Below the pieces are notes generated by a model. The model ran no database searches. It saw only the letters and a list, made by a program, of their open reading frames with translations, and had not been told where the DNA came from. The position numbers were made by a program, and so were the translations under genes. DNA of 64,000 nucleotides from an uncultured Candidatus Binatia bacterium (GTDB lineage Bacteria; Desulfobacterota; Binatia; Bin18), in contig OZ243961.1 in NCBI GenBank assembly GCA_965214605.1, positions 3,136,001 to 3,200,000 on the forward strand, in the 5' to 3' direction. Of this stretch, positions 38,797 through 49,817 are shown one piece after another (the stretch's first letter is position 1; each line of letters starts with the position of its first letter).

Positions 38797-40326
38797 ATGG
38801 AAAAACGCCTGCCACGTGTCCGACCCCCTCAGGTTCCAAGTCCTCTTCCTTCCGGACCGCCTAAGCGCGCTGTTTTGACTGAGCCGCTGATTGTCGAGCA
38901 TGGCTCGCCCGGACGTATCGGCTATTCTCTGCCCCCGGACGATATTCCGGCCCGCGATCCCGCTCAGGATTTGCCGCCCGAGCTGTGTCGAGCCGATCTT
39001 GAGGATTTTCCCGAGGTTAGCGAGGGAGAGGTGGTCCGCCATTTTACCCGGCTCTCGCAGTGGAATTTCAGTGCGGCGACCACCCTGTATCCGCTCGGCT
39101 CGTGCACTATGAAGTATAATCCGGTTGTGAACGAGGTGGTAGCCCGTCTGCCAGGCTTTGCCCAGCTCCATCCGCTCATGCCGGCTGACTACGCTCAGGG
39201 CGCGCTGGAGCTGATCGCCCGCCTTGAACACAGTCTGGCCGAAATCAGCGGCATGGACGCGATCAGCCTACAGCCCGCGGCCGGGGCCCAGGGCGAACTC
39301 ACCGGGATGAAGCTCATTCGAGCCTACCATGTCGAGCAGGGGCAGCCGCGCAAGAAGGTGCTCATTCCGGGCAGCGCCCACGGCACCAACCCGGCCTCCG
39401 CCGTCCTGTGCGGCTACACGGTGGTTGAGGTCCCGGCCGGACCGGACGGCATGCTTGACGCGGCCACCATCGAACACTCTATGGATCGCGAAGTTGCCGC
39501 CCTGATGGTCACCAATCCCAACACCCTGGGGCTGTTTGAACGCGACATTGTCCAGATTGCCGAGATAGTGCACGCCCAGGGAGGTCTGGTCTACATGGAC
39601 GGGGCAAATCTCAATGCGCTGATGGGAGTGGCAAAACCGGGTCACATGGGCGCCGATGTTATCCAGTTCAACCTACACAAGACGTTTTCGACCCCGCACG
39701 GCGGAGGCGGGCCGGGGGCGGGGCCGGTCGGAGTCAAAAAGGTTCTCGAACCGTATCTACCGCTCCCACGCGTGGTGGCTGACGGGACGACGTACCGCTG
39801 GAGTGAGGATTTTCCGCGCTCGATTGGCCGCGTGCGGTCCTTTTTTGGGAATTTTGGGATCTTGGTCCGTGCCTATGCCTATATCTTGGCGATGGGCGGA
39901 GAGGGACTCAGTCGGGCCACCCAAATGGCCGTTCTGAACGCCAACTATTTGCGCAAACGCCTTGAATCTGCCTATCAGTTGGCCTCGCCCTCTCCGTGTC
40001 TGCACGAGTGTGTGTTCTCCGATCGTTCCTTTCAGCAGACCGGGATCAAGACCCTTGATATTGCCAAGCGCCTGCTTGATCACGGTTTTTATGCCCCGAC
40101 GATCTATTTTCCGCTTGTAGTGAGCGGGGCGTTGATGGTGGAACCAACCGAAACCGAGACACAAGAGACGCTCGATGCGTTTGCCGACGCACTCTTAGCC
40201 ATTGCCCAGGAGGCTCGGGACGCGCCCGAGGTGCTCAAAGCCGCGCCGACCTCAACGCCGGTGGGGCGCCTTGACGAAACCCGCGCGGCGCGTTGTCCGA
40301 TTTTAGCCTGGCGACGCCAAGCCTAG
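38797..40326 (+). CDS. gcvPB: Glycine dehydrogenase subunit 2
   Basis: PLGSCTMKYNP, SAHGTNPAS, PLP lysine motif NLHKTFSTPHGGGGPG. Confidence 0.97.
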   Translation: MEKRLPRVRPPQVPSPLPSGPPKRAVLTEPLIVEHGSPGRIGYSLPPDDIPARDPAQDLPPELCRADLEDFPEVSEGEVVRHFTRLSQWNFSAATTLYPLGSCTMKYNPVVNEVVARLPGFAQLHPLMPADYAQGALELIARLEHSLAEISGMDAISLQPAAGAQGELTGMKLIRAYHVEQGQPRKKVLIPGSAHGTNPASAVLCGYTVVEVPAGPDGMLDAATIEHSMDREVAALMVTNPNTLGLFERDIVQIAEIVHAQGGLVYMDGANLNALMGVAKPGHMGADVIQFNLHKTFSTPHGGGGPGAGPVGVKKVLEPYLPLPRVVADGTTYRWSEDFPRSIGRVRSFFGNFGILVRAYAYILAMGGEGLSRATQMAVLNANYLRKRLESAYQLASPSPCLHECVFSDRSFQQTGIKTLDIAKRLLDHGFYAPTIYFPLVVSGALMVEPTETETQETLDAFADALLAIAQEARDAPEVLKAAPTSTPVGRLDETRAARCPILAWRRQA

Positions 40327-40366
40327 TCAACTGCTCCGGCGGCAAAAATTTGCTACCCTAGACTAG

Positions 40367-42877
40367 ATGGAGAAAATCAGCATCCGGGGAGCCCGTCAAC
40401 ACAATCTGAAGAATATCAGTGTTGACATTCCCCGTAACAAGCTCGTGGTCATCACCGGGGTGTCCGGCTCGGGAAAATCCTCTCTGGCCTTTGACGTGCT
40501 GTATGCCGAGGGACGCCGCCGCTATGTTGAATCCCTCTCGGCCTACGCCCGGCAGTTTCTTGACCAGCGTGCCAAACCTGAGGTTGACGCCATCAGCGGT
40601 TTGTCTCCAGCCGTGGCGATTGAACCACGCGTCCCGACCGGCTCGCCCCGGTCCACGGTTGGCACCGTCACCGAGATTGCCGATTATGTGCGTCTGTTGT
40701 ACGCCCGGGTTGGTACGCCCTACTGTCTGCAGTGCGGACAGCCTCTTGCCCGTCACACTGTCCCCCAGATCGTTGATCGCCTGCTGGCTTTCCCTGAGGG
40801 AAGCCGGCTCCAAATTATGGCACCCATCCGAGTCCCCACCCGGGCGCATTTCGAGAGGGCCGTGCAGGAACTCCGTAAGGCGGGTTTTGTCCGCGTGCGG
40901 ATTGCGGACCAGGCGTACGAGCTTGCCGACGCTATGCCGGCCCAGGTCTCGGCCGAGTTTGATCTTATTGTCGACCGCCTCATTGTCAAAAGCGGTCTTG
41001 CCCGGCGGCTGGCCGACTCACTTGAAACCACGCTGAGCGCTGGCCACGATGTGGTCAAAATAGGCCAGACCGGGCCGGACGGTGCATACCACGAGTATCT
41101 GTTTACCCAAAGCCTGCGGTGTCCAGCGTGCGGGTTTGGCTACCCCGAGCTGACGCCGGCGTTTTTCTCTCCCAACAGTCCAGAGGGCGCGTGCCCGGAG
41201 TGTGACGGACTAGGCAGGCGGACCACAAGGGCAAAAGCGACTGTGGGTGAGGAAACGTCCCAGGTGCGGTGTGGGGGGTGTGGAGGGACCCGGCTAAAGG
41301 CCGAGAGTCGCGGCGTGCGCATTGGGGAGCACGATGTTGCTCAGCTGACCGGCCTGTCGATTGCCCAGGCCCTCGATTTTTTTCGCCAGCTGTCTTTTTC
41401 CGGCCAGGCGGCCGAGATCGCGGCCCCCCTGTGTCAAGCGATCCGCACCCGACTCCAGACGCTGAGCGATATTGGTCTTGAGTATCTGAGGCTCGACCGG
41501 CCGCTGCCAACGCTGTCCGGTGGAGAAGTGCAGCGCGTCCGCCTCAGCACCCAGCTCGGCGCCGGGCTCTCCGGCATCCTGTACGTCCTTGACGAGCCCT
41601 CGGTCGGCCTCCACCCACGCGATAGTGCGCGTCTGCTGGCCATCCTGCGCCAACTCCGGGACAAGGACAATAGCGTGGTGGTGGTCGAGCACGATCCTGA
41701 CACAATTCGGGCCGCGGATTACATTATCGATCTCGGACCGGGCGCGGGGGAAGGTGGGGGAGAGGTGCTGGCAGTCGGAACACCACACGCGGTGCAACAC
41801 CAGCCCGCCTCGATTACCGGGCGCTATTTGCGCGGGGCCCTTGGTATTCCGGTCCCGGCGCAGCGCAGAAAAGCCGCCCACTTCCTCACCGTTGGCAACG
41901 CCCAGGTCCATAATCTGAAAAATGTGACCGTCTCATTCCCGCTTGGGGTTTTGGGCTGCGTGACCGGGGTATCCGGCTCGGGCAAGAGCAGCCTCATCCT
42001 GCACGCCCTTGCCCCGGCTGTGTCTCAGGCGCTAGCAACACATTCTGTCCCACCAGAGGCCACACCGACCCTCAGCGGCTGGCAAGCCCTCGACAAGCTA
42101 GTTCAGATCGACCAGAGCCCGATCAGCCGCACTCCTCACTCCAACCCCGCGACCTATGTTGGCCTCTTCAACCCGCTGCGCCAGCTGTTTGCCCAGCTCC
42201 CCGAGGCCCGGGTCCGGGGCTACGGTCCGGAGCGCTTTTCTTTTAACGTGAAAGGCGGTCGGTGTGAGGCGTGTCTGGGCAGCGGGATGGTGAGTGTCGA
42301 CATGTACTTTCTGCCCAATGTGTCTGTCGAGTGCGAGGTGTGTCACGGCCTGCGCTACAACCGGGAAACCTTAGAGGTCCGGTTCCGGGGGCTGTCTATT
42401 GCGCAGGTGCTCAACCTGAGCGTCACCCAGGCCCTCGAAGTCCTCAGTGACCTGCCAAAGATCCGTCCCCGTCTTGAGACTCTGCGAGACCTTGGTCTGG
42501 ACTATGTGCGGCTCGGTCAGCCCGCCCCGAGTCTGTCGGGCGGTGAGGCTCAGCGGCTCAAGCTCGCTCGTGAACTCAGCCGTCGCACGGCCGGTCATAC
42601 GCTGTATCTGATGGATGAACCCACAACCGGACTGCATCTGGCCGATATTGAGCGTCTGCTCAAGGTGCTCACCCTGTTGATTGAGACTGGCCATACAGTG
42701 CTCGTTATTGAGCACAATTTGGACGTGATTAAAACCGCCGACTTTGTGCTGGATTTGGGGCCGGAGGGCGGACAGCGGGGTGGGCAGGTCGTGGCCAGTG
42801 GGACTCCCGAAGACGTTGCGCGGGTATCCCGCTCGCATACCGGGCGTTTACTCCGGCCGCTTTTAGCCCCGTCCTGA
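40367..42877 (+). CDS. uvrA: Excinuclease ABC subunit A, short variant lacking the insertion domain
   Basis: Two GVSGSGKSS Walker A motifs, two LSGGE signatures, zinc fingers. Only ~18 aa separate CPECDGLG and CGGCGGTRL. Confidence 0.92.
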   Translation: MEKISIRGARQHNLKNISVDIPRNKLVVITGVSGSGKSSLAFDVLYAEGRRRYVESLSAYARQFLDQRAKPEVDAISGLSPAVAIEPRVPTGSPRSTVGTVTEIADYVRLLYARVGTPYCLQCGQPLARHTVPQIVDRLLAFPEGSRLQIMAPIRVPTRAHFERAVQELRKAGFVRVRIADQAYELADAMPAQVSAEFDLIVDRLIVKSGLARRLADSLETTLSAGHDVVKIGQTGPDGAYHEYLFTQSLRCPACGFGYPELTPAFFSPNSPEGACPECDGLGRRTTRAKATVGEETSQVRCGGCGGTRLKAESRGVRIGEHDVAQLTGLSIAQALDFFRQLSFSGQAAEIAAPLCQAIRTRLQTLSDIGLEYLRLDRPLPTLSGGEVQRVRLSTQLGAGLSGILYVLDEPSVGLHPRDSARLLAILRQLRDKDNSVVVVEHDPDTIRAADYIIDLGPGAGEGGGEVLAVGTPHAVQHQPASITGRYLRGALGIPVPAQRRKAAHFLTVGNAQVHNLKNVTVSFPLGVLGCVTGVSGSGKSSLILHALAPAVSQALATHSVPPEATPTLSGWQALDKLVQIDQSPISRTPHSNPATYVGLFNPLRQLFAQLPEARVRGYGPERFSFNVKGGRCEACLGSGMVSVDMYFLPNVSVECEVCHGLRYNRETLEVRFRGLSIAQVLNLSVTQALEVLSDLPKIRPRLETLRDLGLDYVRLGQPAPSLSGGEAQRLKLARELSRRTAGHTLYLMDEPTTGLHLADIERLLKVLTLLIETGHTVLVIEHNLDVIKTADFVLDLGPEGGQRGGQVVASGTPEDVARVSRSHTGRLLRPLLAPS

Positions 42878-42938
42878 GACTGGCAGGCCCGGATGCTGTG
42901 GGATGCTCTCCCCTCTAGCCCGTCTCTGTCCGTACTTG

Positions 42939-42988
42939 CTTGACATATGTCAAGTAACGTTTTATCTTCGACTTATAGAGTCCACTTT
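42939..42988 (+). promoter_or_regulatory. isc promoter with palindrome and IscR type-1-like box
   Basis: TTGACA(42940)-17-TATCTT. Perfect palindrome CTTGACATATGTCAAG at 42939-42954. ATCTTCGACTTATAGAGTCCACTTT at 42964-42988 has a GACT-N5-AGTC core. Confidence 0.6.
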
Positions 42989-43023
42989 ACCTGACTCCCC
43001 TGTACGCTGTGAGGACTACTGCC

Positions 43024-44244
43024 ATGCAAAAGCCGATTTATATGGATAATCAGGCCACCACCCCAATGGATCCACGGGTGTTAGAGGCCATGCTGCCGTA
43101 TTTTCATGAGCATTTTGGCAATGCTGCCAGCCGCAACCATCCCTTTGGTTGGGCGGCCGAAGAGGCGGTTGATACCGCCCGCGGCCAGATTGCCCAGACC
43201 ATCGGTGCCAGGCCCAAGGAGATCATCTTTACCAGCGGGGCGACAGAGTCCGACAATCTGGCCATCAAAGGGGTGGCCGAGTTCTATAAAGAGAAGGGCA
43301 ACCACATCATCACGTCTGTGACCGAACACAAGGCGGTGCTTGACTCCTGCAAAGCTCTAGAACGGGCCGGGAAGGCCGAGGTGACCTATCTGCCGGTCGA
43401 CACATACGGCATGGTCAATCCGGACGACGTCGAAAACGCCATCACCGAGAAAACGGTGCTCATCTCCATTATGGCCGCGAACAACGAAATCGGCACCCTG
43501 CATCCGATTCGTGAGATTGGCAAGATTGCAAAAGACCGCGGGGTGCTCTTCCACTGCGACGCGACCCAGGGCGTGGGCAAAATCCCTATCAATGTTGAGC
43601 AGGATGGCATCGACCTGTTGGCTCTGAGCGCCCATAAGATGTATGGCCCCAAGGGCTGCGGTGCCCTCTATGTGCGGGCCAGAGGTCCGCGGGTGCGGCT
43701 CACCCCGATCATCGACGGCGGGGGACACGAACGGGGCATGCGGTCCGGCACTCTGAACGTGCCCGGCATCGTCGGCCTTGGCAAGGCCTGCCAGCTCGCC
43801 AGCCACGAGTTAGAGACCGAAGCGGCCAAACTGATCGGTCTGCGTACCCGCCTGCACGACGGTATCACCCGAGAGCTCGAAGAAGTCTACCTGAACGGAC
43901 ATCCGACCCAGCGCCTTCCCGGCAACCTCAACCTGAGCTTTGCCTATGTAGAGGGCGAATCGCTGCTGATGGGTATTAACAAGGACGTGGCGTTGTCCTC
44001 CGGGTCGGCCTGTACCTCGGCCACCTTAGAGCCCTCCTATGTGTTGAAAGCCCTGGGGGTGGGAGAAGAGTTGGCCCATACCTCGATTCGGTTCGGACTC
44101 GGTCGCTTCAATACTGAGGCAGAGGTCGATACCGTTGTCAAACGTATCGTTGAGGTTGTGCAGCGGCTGCGCGATCTGTCGCCACTGTATGAGATGGCCA
44201 AAGAGGGGATTGATCTCAAATCTGTGCAGTGGAAGACCGCCTAA
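43024..44244 (+). CDS. iscS: Cysteine desulfurase
   Basis: [38 protein letters not shown]-terminus. Confidence 0.97.
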   Translation: MQKPIYMDNQATTPMDPRVLEAMLPYFHEHFGNAASRNHPFGWAAEEAVDTARGQIAQTIGARPKEIIFTSGATESDNLAIKGVAEFYKEKGNHIITSVTEHKAVLDSCKALERAGKAEVTYLPVDTYGMVNPDDVENAITEKTVLISIMAANNEIGTLHPIREIGKIAKDRGVLFHCDATQGVGKIPINVEQDGIDLLALSAHKMYGPKGCGALYVRARGPRVRLTPIIDGGGHERGMRSGTLNVPGIVGLGKACQLASHELETEAAKLIGLRTRLHDGITRELEEVYLNGHPTQRLPGNLNLSFAYVEGESLLMGINKDVALSSGSACTSATLEPSYVLKALGVGEELAHTSIRFGLGRFNTEAEVDTVVKRIVEVVQRLRDLSPLYEMAKEGIDLKSVQWKTA

Positions 44245-44273
44245 GGCACGCGAGGGATGGGAAGGAAGAGGCT

Positions 44274-44615
44274 ATGGCACAGCCGGCAAAACTGAAAATC
44301 GATATTAGCGACAATGCGGTTCAGAAGATCCAGACCCTAGTCAACCAACAGAGCCTAGAAGGACAGGGCCTGCGGGTGAAAGTCGTCGGCGGTGGGTGTT
44401 CCGGGCTGTCGTACAAAATGAACCTCGACGCCGAACGCAAGGGGGACCGGGTCTTTGAGCGGGACAACGTCAAAGTGTTGGTCGACCGCAAAAGCTTTTT
44501 ATATCTGCGGGGCACCGAGCTCGACTACTCAGAGAGTCTGATGGACTCCGGCTTTAAGCTCAATAATCCCAACGTCAAACGCTCATGCGGCTGCGGCAGC
44601 TCTTTCTCCGTGTAG
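44274..44615 (+). CDS. iscA: A-type Fe-S carrier
   Basis: GGGCSGLSY and NPNVKRSCGCGSSF. Confidence 0.9.
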   Translation: MAQPAKLKIDISDNAVQKIQTLVNQQSLEGQGLRVKVVGGGCSGLSYKMNLDAERKGDRVFERDNVKVLVDRKSFLYLRGTELDYSESLMDSGFKLNNPNVKRSCGCGSSFSV

Positions 44616-44637
44616 CGCTGCGTTCCTCGTCCCGTCC

Positions 44638-45345
44638 ATGACTACGCCTGAGACGACCCGCTGCTGGCGCTGCCAGAGTGCAGGCCCGGCGACGATTTTT
44701 TGTCCACGCTGCGAGGCGGTCCAGCCGCTCCCGGCCCACATCGACTATTTTCGGGTTTTGGGGCTGGAGCGGAACCCGGCGCTTGACGAAACCGCCCTAT
44801 CCACCCGATATTATGCTCTGAGCCGCCGGCTCCATCCCGATCTCTACCAGACGGCAAGTGCCCAGGAACAAGAGGCCAGCCTGAACAATAGCGCGCTCGT
44901 CAACCGTGCCTACCGCACCTTGCGCGATCCCGTCCAGCGGGGGGTGTATTGGCTGGAGCTGCACGGCGAGAAACTCGGCACGAACAATAATCGGGTACCG
45001 CCCCAGCTGGCGAGTTTGGTCTTTTCGGTCCAAGAACAGCTCGAAGAACTCCGAGCCGCCCGCCGGGCGGGCAAAGAGGCCGAAGTTGGCAGGGCCCTGG
45101 CTGAAATTCAGGCCGAGCTCGAAGAGCGGCGGGCTCGGACACAAGCCGCCCTAGTGCAGAACTTTGCTGCCTGGCAGGACGAGACAGGCGAGCCCTCCTC
45201 TCTTCCGCCCGGCGGCGATGACTCCCCTGTGACCGGCACCTCGGCCCTGCTGGCCGAGCTGAAAAGCATTCTGTCCGAGATGGCCTATTTGCGGACCCTC
45301 TTACGGGATGTGGAAAAGGAAAACGACCTATCGTGGAACGCATAG
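44638..45345 (+). CDS. hscB: Co-chaperone HscB with N-terminal tetracysteine motif
   Basis: CWRC-x9-CPRC..QP, J-domain [13 protein letters not shown]. Confidence 0.92.
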   Translation: MTTPETTRCWRCQSAGPATIFCPRCEAVQPLPAHIDYFRVLGLERNPALDETALSTRYYALSRRLHPDLYQTASAQEQEASLNNSALVNRAYRTLRDPVQRGVYWLELHGEKLGTNNNRVPPQLASLVFSVQEQLEELRAARRAGKEAEVGRALAEIQAELEERRARTQAALVQNFAAWQDETGEPSSLPPGGDDSPVTGTSALLAELKSILSEMAYLRTLLRDVEKENDLSWNA

Positions 45346-47162
45346 TCGGTATTGATCTAGGGACCACCAACAGTCTGATTGCCTACACGGATGGAGAGAC
45401 CCCCCGGGTGCTGGCCGATCCCCACACCGACAGTAGGCTATTGCCGTCAGTGGTCAGCTTTCTGCCGGACGGCACTCCCGTGGTCGGCATCCCGGCCGTT
45501 GAGCGCGAGGCCGCCCATCCCCTGACCACGCTGCGCTCGGTCAAGCGTTTCATGGGCCTCGGCATGGAGCATCTCAGTGACGAAGACCGGCGCCGCTACG
45601 CTTTTGCCCAAGACGAGGGGGAGGCAAACGAGCAAGCTATTGTCCGCTTTGCCGTCCACGACCGCCACTATACCCCGCCCGAGATTGCAGCCGCCATTCT
45701 GCGCGCCCTTCGCGAACGGGCTGAGGCAGCTCTGCACGAACCGATCACAAAGGTCGTGATCACGGTCCCGGCCTATTTTAACGACTCGCAGCGCCAGGCA
45801 ACCAAGGACGCCGGTCGGCTGGCCGGCCTGGACGTCATTCGGTTGGTCAACGAGCCCACCGCCGCCTCGCTGGCCTATGGTCTGGATAAGCAAGAGGAGG
45901 GCCTCATTGCCGTGTATGATTTTGGCGGCGGGACCTTTGACATCTCTATTTTGCGCCTCCACACGGGTATTTTTGAGGTCCTGGCGACCAATGGGGATAC
46001 CCGGCTGGGCGGAGATGATCTGGATCAGCGCATTGCCCGGCGCTTCGTGCTGGATGGGCTGGCGGAAGACCTGCGGACCGATCCACAGGTCTTGAGCCAG
46101 GCGTATGCCGCCGCCAAAGCGGCCAAACAAACGCTGTCGCTCCATCCCCAGGCCAGCCTCTCGCTCAGCCTGCCCGACAGAGGGGTTCGGTGTGAGCGGT
46201 CCCTCAGTCGCCCGGAACTGGAGTCTGCGGTCGATGATATTGTTGTCCGCACCCTGGTGCCGTGTCGCCAAGCCCTCAAGGATGCCAAGCTGGCGGCGGC
46301 TGATATTGACGCGGTTGTCCTGGTCGGCGGATCCACCCGGATGCCCCTGGTGCGGCAGCGGGTGGCGGAATTCTTTGGTTGCACCCCGCTGACCGACCTC
46401 AATCCAGACGAAGTTGTCGCCCTTGGCGCGGCCGTTCAGGCCGACACCCTGTCGGGTCGGCGCAAAGATATGCTGCTGCTTGACGTCGTGCCGCTCTCCC
46501 TCGGTATTGAGACTATGGGCGGGGTGATGAGCCAGATCCTGGAGCGCAACACCACCATCCCGGCCATTGTCAAAGAAATGTTCACCACTGCGGTAGACGA
46601 TCAGACCGCGGTCGAGATCCACGTCCTTCAGGGAGAACGTGAACTGGCCCAAGACTGTCGCAGTCTGGCCCAATTTAGCATTCTCATTGAGCCCCAGCCG
46701 GCTGGCCTCCCCCGGGTTGAGGTCACGTTTATGATTGATGCCAACGGCATTCTGAATGTCTCGGCGCTCGATCTGCGTACCGGCCGTGAGCGGTCTGTGG
46801 ATGTCAAGCCGTCCTATGGTCTGAATGACGAGGAGATTGAGCAGCTGCTCGAGGAATCAATCGATTATGCCGAGGAGGATTTCGACCGGCGATTGCTGAT
46901 TGAGGCTCGCGTTGAGGCCGACACAATTCTCAACGCCACGGAAAAGGCACTCCGTGACAATGCTGCGGCGCTCCAAGAGGACGAAGCCGACCGCATCAAC
47001 GCGGCGGTCAAGGTACTCCAGGAAGCCACGGTGGGCCGAGACTACGATCTGATTCGGGAGCTGAGCGAGGCCCTGAGCGAGGTCACCGAGCCGTTCGCCC
47101 AGCGGATTATGGATACCTCGATCCAGGCCGCCCTTGCTGATAAGCGTTTATCTGAGGTGTAG
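45333..47162 (+). CDS. hscA: Fe-S assembly chaperone HscA (Hsp70)
   Basis: [45 protein letters not shown]. Sits between hscB and iscX. Confidence 0.93.
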   Translation: MERIVGIDLGTTNSLIAYTDGETPRVLADPHTDSRLLPSVVSFLPDGTPVVGIPAVEREAAHPLTTLRSVKRFMGLGMEHLSDEDRRRYAFAQDEGEANEQAIVRFAVHDRHYTPPEIAAAILRALRERAEAALHEPITKVVITVPAYFNDSQRQATKDAGRLAGLDVIRLVNEPTAASLAYGLDKQEEGLIAVYDFGGGTFDISILRLHTGIFEVLATNGDTRLGGDDLDQRIARRFVLDGLAEDLRTDPQVLSQAYAAAKAAKQTLSLHPQASLSLSLPDRGVRCERSLSRPELESAVDDIVVRTLVPCRQALKDAKLAAADIDAVVLVGGSTRMPLVRQRVAEFFGCTPLTDLNPDEVVALGAAVQADTLSGRRKDMLLLDVVPLSLGIETMGGVMSQILERNTTIPAIVKEMFTTAVDDQTAVEIHVLQGERELAQDCRSLAQFSILIEPQPAGLPRVEVTFMIDANGILNVSALDLRTGRERSVDVKPSYGLNDEEIEQLLEESIDYAEEDFDRRLLIEARVEADTILNATEKALRDNAAALQEDEADRINAAVKVLQEATVGRDYDLIRELSEALSEVTEPFAQRIMDTSIQAALADKRLSEV

Positions 47163-47165
47163 ACC

Positions 47166-47378
47166 ATGGCTTTGTATTGGGACAGTGTTGAGGAAATTGC
47201 CGAGGAATTATTGGACATGTACCCTGAGACCGAACCGCTGAGTATTCGGTTTACCGATCTGCTCAAATGGGTGACCCAGCTCGACGGCTTCGCCGATGAT
47301 CCAAAAGATGTGAGTGAGGGCAAGTTAGAGGCTATACAAATGGCGTGGTTCGCATTATATGAAGAGAACGAAGATTGA
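47166..47378 (+). CDS. iscX: Fe-S assembly protein IscX
   Basis: LYWD..EIAEEL, IRFTDL..WV..L.GF.DDP, LEAIQMAW. Confidence 0.93.
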   Translation: MALYWDSVEEIAEELLDMYPETEPLSIRFTDLLKWVTQLDGFADDPKDVSEGKLEAIQMAWFALYEENED

Positions 47379-47497
47379 CCTGTCATCTCCTGCCGAGATC
47401 TCTCTGTACAGAGCGGCGCGTTTGGAGAGGGACATGGGGTTGTGGTGGATTGGATTAAGGAGGAGGAGTCCTTCAATAAGAAAAACGGAGCTGCTCT

Positions 47498-47878
47498 ATG
47501 CAACACCCCTCTAGGACGAATAGTTCTGTAACAATCTTTGAGCCGAGCATTCTTTTGCCCGTACAGTTTTTTGCCGGTCTCGGCCAGCAAGTTCCGGCCG
47601 AGGGTCAACGGCGGTTGATGCTAGCGATTCTGGAAGACGCAACCGAGTGCTTCCAGAAGCACCTGTGGGCAACAGACCACAAACGCCGCCAGCTCCACGA
47701 CGAGGCCGAGCAGTGGTTCTTAGCCGACGATCCGAACTGGCTCTTTTCTTTTGTCAATATTTGTGAGGCGTTTGAGATACATCCCGTCCTCTTCCGCCAA
47801 AGCTTGTTGGCCTGGAAAACTCGTCAGCTGACCGGGCGGGGCGGGTTGCAGGCAGAGGGGGTCCGTATGTCGGGGTAA
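47498..47878 (+). CDS. Conserved hypothetical protein (LLPVQFF...RRLMLAILEDA...FSFVNICE)
   Basis: Coherent 126-aa ORF. Family recalled from Binatia-like genomes; function unknown. Confidence 0.65.
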   Translation: MQHPSRTNSSVTIFEPSILLPVQFFAGLGQQVPAEGQRRLMLAILEDATECFQKHLWATDHKRRQLHDEAEQWFLADDPNWLFSFVNICEAFEIHPVLFRQSLLAWKTRQLTGRGGLQAEGVRMSG

Positions 47879-47921
47879 AACCCGGCAGGGGGACGAGTCT
47901 GCACGGTTTTTCTCCTGACCC

Positions 47922-49643
47922 ATGGCTGTCTTTTCTCTTATCGCCGGCGTGTGTCGATACCTGACCCGGACGGCTCTGCGCGCCCTGCTGTGGATAACCG
48001 ACTGCTTGGCCTCTCTGTTTCGACGCCGACCCGCCTATAATACCCTGCTGCTCGACATCACTGCGCCTGCGGCCGAAGAGCCAATGCCGACTCTGCGCGC
48101 CTTCCTGCGTCCCGAGCCGCCCGACCTCTTAACGCTGGCCTCGCTGCTGCGCTGGGCACGTGAAGACGAACATATCCGGGCTGTGGTGGTCACCGTGTCA
48201 CAACTTGATATGGGCTGGGCACGGCTCCAAAGCCTGCGTCGCTCGCTGCTCAAACTCCGTCAGGCCGGCAAACAGGTGTGGGTCTATCTGGCCGAGGGCG
48301 GTATGCGGGAGTACTACCTGGCCAGCGCGGCCAACACGCTGGTGATGGCACCGGCCGGTCACCTGACCGTGCTCGGCCTAGCAACCGAGATCCTGTTCTT
48401 TAAGGGAGCGCTCACTAAGCTCGGGGTTGAGGCCCAGGTCAGCCAAGCCGGTCGCTATAAAGCGGCTGGAGAACCTTTTACACGGGAGTCTATGTCAGCC
48501 GCCCATCGGGAGATGATGGAGGGGCTGCTCGACGATTTATACGATCAAATCGTTGAAGACATTGCCCGTGACCGGACCAAGGATAAGGCCGAGGTGCGTG
48601 ATCTGATTGATCAGGGGCTGTTTCTGGCCGCTGAGGCGCGGACTAGCGGTCTGATTGACCATGTCGGCTATGCGGACGAATTGCCCAAGCTGCTTGAGCC
48701 GCTGATCGGCGAGGTCAAGTCCATCGAAGCCAGACCATATCAGCGCCGACGAATAGGGGTGATCCGTCGTCAGTTACTACGCGGCGGGGCCCAAACTATT
48801 GCTCTGATGGCGGTCGATGGCCTGATCAAACACGGGGAAACCACCGAACGGGCCAGTGGCGCACGGGCAGTTGGCTCGACTGACTTCGTTCGAGACCTCG
48901 CACACCTCGCGGCCCAGCCCAATATTGCCGCCTTGGTGCTGCGCATTGCCAGTCCCGGCGGTTCGGGTCTGGCCTCTGATCTCATGTGGCACGAGCTGTT
49001 GCGCGTCCGGGAGCACATGCCGGTCATTGTTTCAATGGGTGACGTGGCAGCCTCGGGTGGCTACTATTTGGCTCTGGCCGGGAATCAGGTTTTTGCCGAA
49101 GAGGGAAGCATCACCGGCTCAATTGGGGTTATTGGCGGCAAGCCGGTCCTTCACAATCTGTATACCCAACTCGGAATCGGCAAGGATATTCTCACCCGGG
49201 GACAACGGGCGGCGCTGTTTTCTGACTACCTGGCCTTCACGCCCGCCGAGCAAGAGCGGCTCGATCTCGAAATCCAGGCGTTTTACCGCGATTTCTTGCA
49301 AAAGGTCGCTGACTGCCGTGGCCTTAGTGTGGCCGCTGTAGAGCCGCTGGCCGAGGGCAGAGTGTGGAGTGGACGCCAGGCTTGGGCGCGTGGCTTGGTC
49401 GATACCCTAGGCGGGCTTGAAGAAGCCGTTACCGCAGCCAAAGAGCATATCGGAGTCGCCCCGGACCAGCCTGTACGGCTTGTCCGGTTCCCCCGTCCGC
49501 CGCGGCTGCCCGGTCTGCTGCGCCTGCTGCCTAGACCGAGGTTCGGACTGGGCGGTTTAGCCGGACCGACAGGAGAGACCCAGCCGTGGTGGGGTCGTGA
49601 GCGGATATGGGCCATTTGGCCTGTGTCATTACGTTTTTTGTAA
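47922..49643 (+). CDS. sppA: Signal peptide peptidase A (67K type)
   Basis: GRYKAAGE, LRIASPGGS, VSMGDVAASGGYY, ITGSIGV, AEGRVWSG. Confidence 0.92.
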   Translation: MAVFSLIAGVCRYLTRTALRALLWITDCLASLFRRRPAYNTLLLDITAPAAEEPMPTLRAFLRPEPPDLLTLASLLRWAREDEHIRAVVVTVSQLDMGWARLQSLRRSLLKLRQAGKQVWVYLAEGGMREYYLASAANTLVMAPAGHLTVLGLATEILFFKGALTKLGVEAQVSQAGRYKAAGEPFTRESMSAAHREMMEGLLDDLYDQIVEDIARDRTKDKAEVRDLIDQGLFLAAEARTSGLIDHVGYADELPKLLEPLIGEVKSIEARPYQRRRIGVIRRQLLRGGAQTIALMAVDGLIKHGETTERASGARAVGSTDFVRDLAHLAAQPNIAALVLRIASPGGSGLASDLMWHELLRVREHMPVIVSMGDVAASGGYYLALAGNQVFAEEGSITGSIGVIGGKPVLHNLYTQLGIGKDILTRGQRAALFSDYLAFTPAEQERLDLEIQAFYRDFLQKVADCRGLSVAAVEPLAEGRVWSGRQAWARGLVDTLGGLEEAVTAAKEHIGVAPDQPVRLVRFPRPPRLPGLLRLLPRPRFGLGGLAGPTGETQPWWGRERIWAIWPVSLRFL

Positions 49644-49692
49644 CCTAGGGCGCAGGATTGTGCGAAAGACGGCCAAACAAAGGGGAATAAAC

Positions 49693-49721
49693 TTGTCTTA
49701 TCAGGGTGTCTTGGATATCCT
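49693..49721 (+). promoter_or_regulatory. Candidate sigma70 promoter for korAB
   Basis: TTGTCT-17-TATCCT. Confidence 0.45.
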
Positions 49722-49817
49722 GCCGGTATCTCTTCACCGGCCTCTAGTGAGATGGCTTGCGCTGAATCCGGTCTTGCCGCAAAAAATCGTTATAAAATTA
49801 TTGAGGAGGGCAAACGC

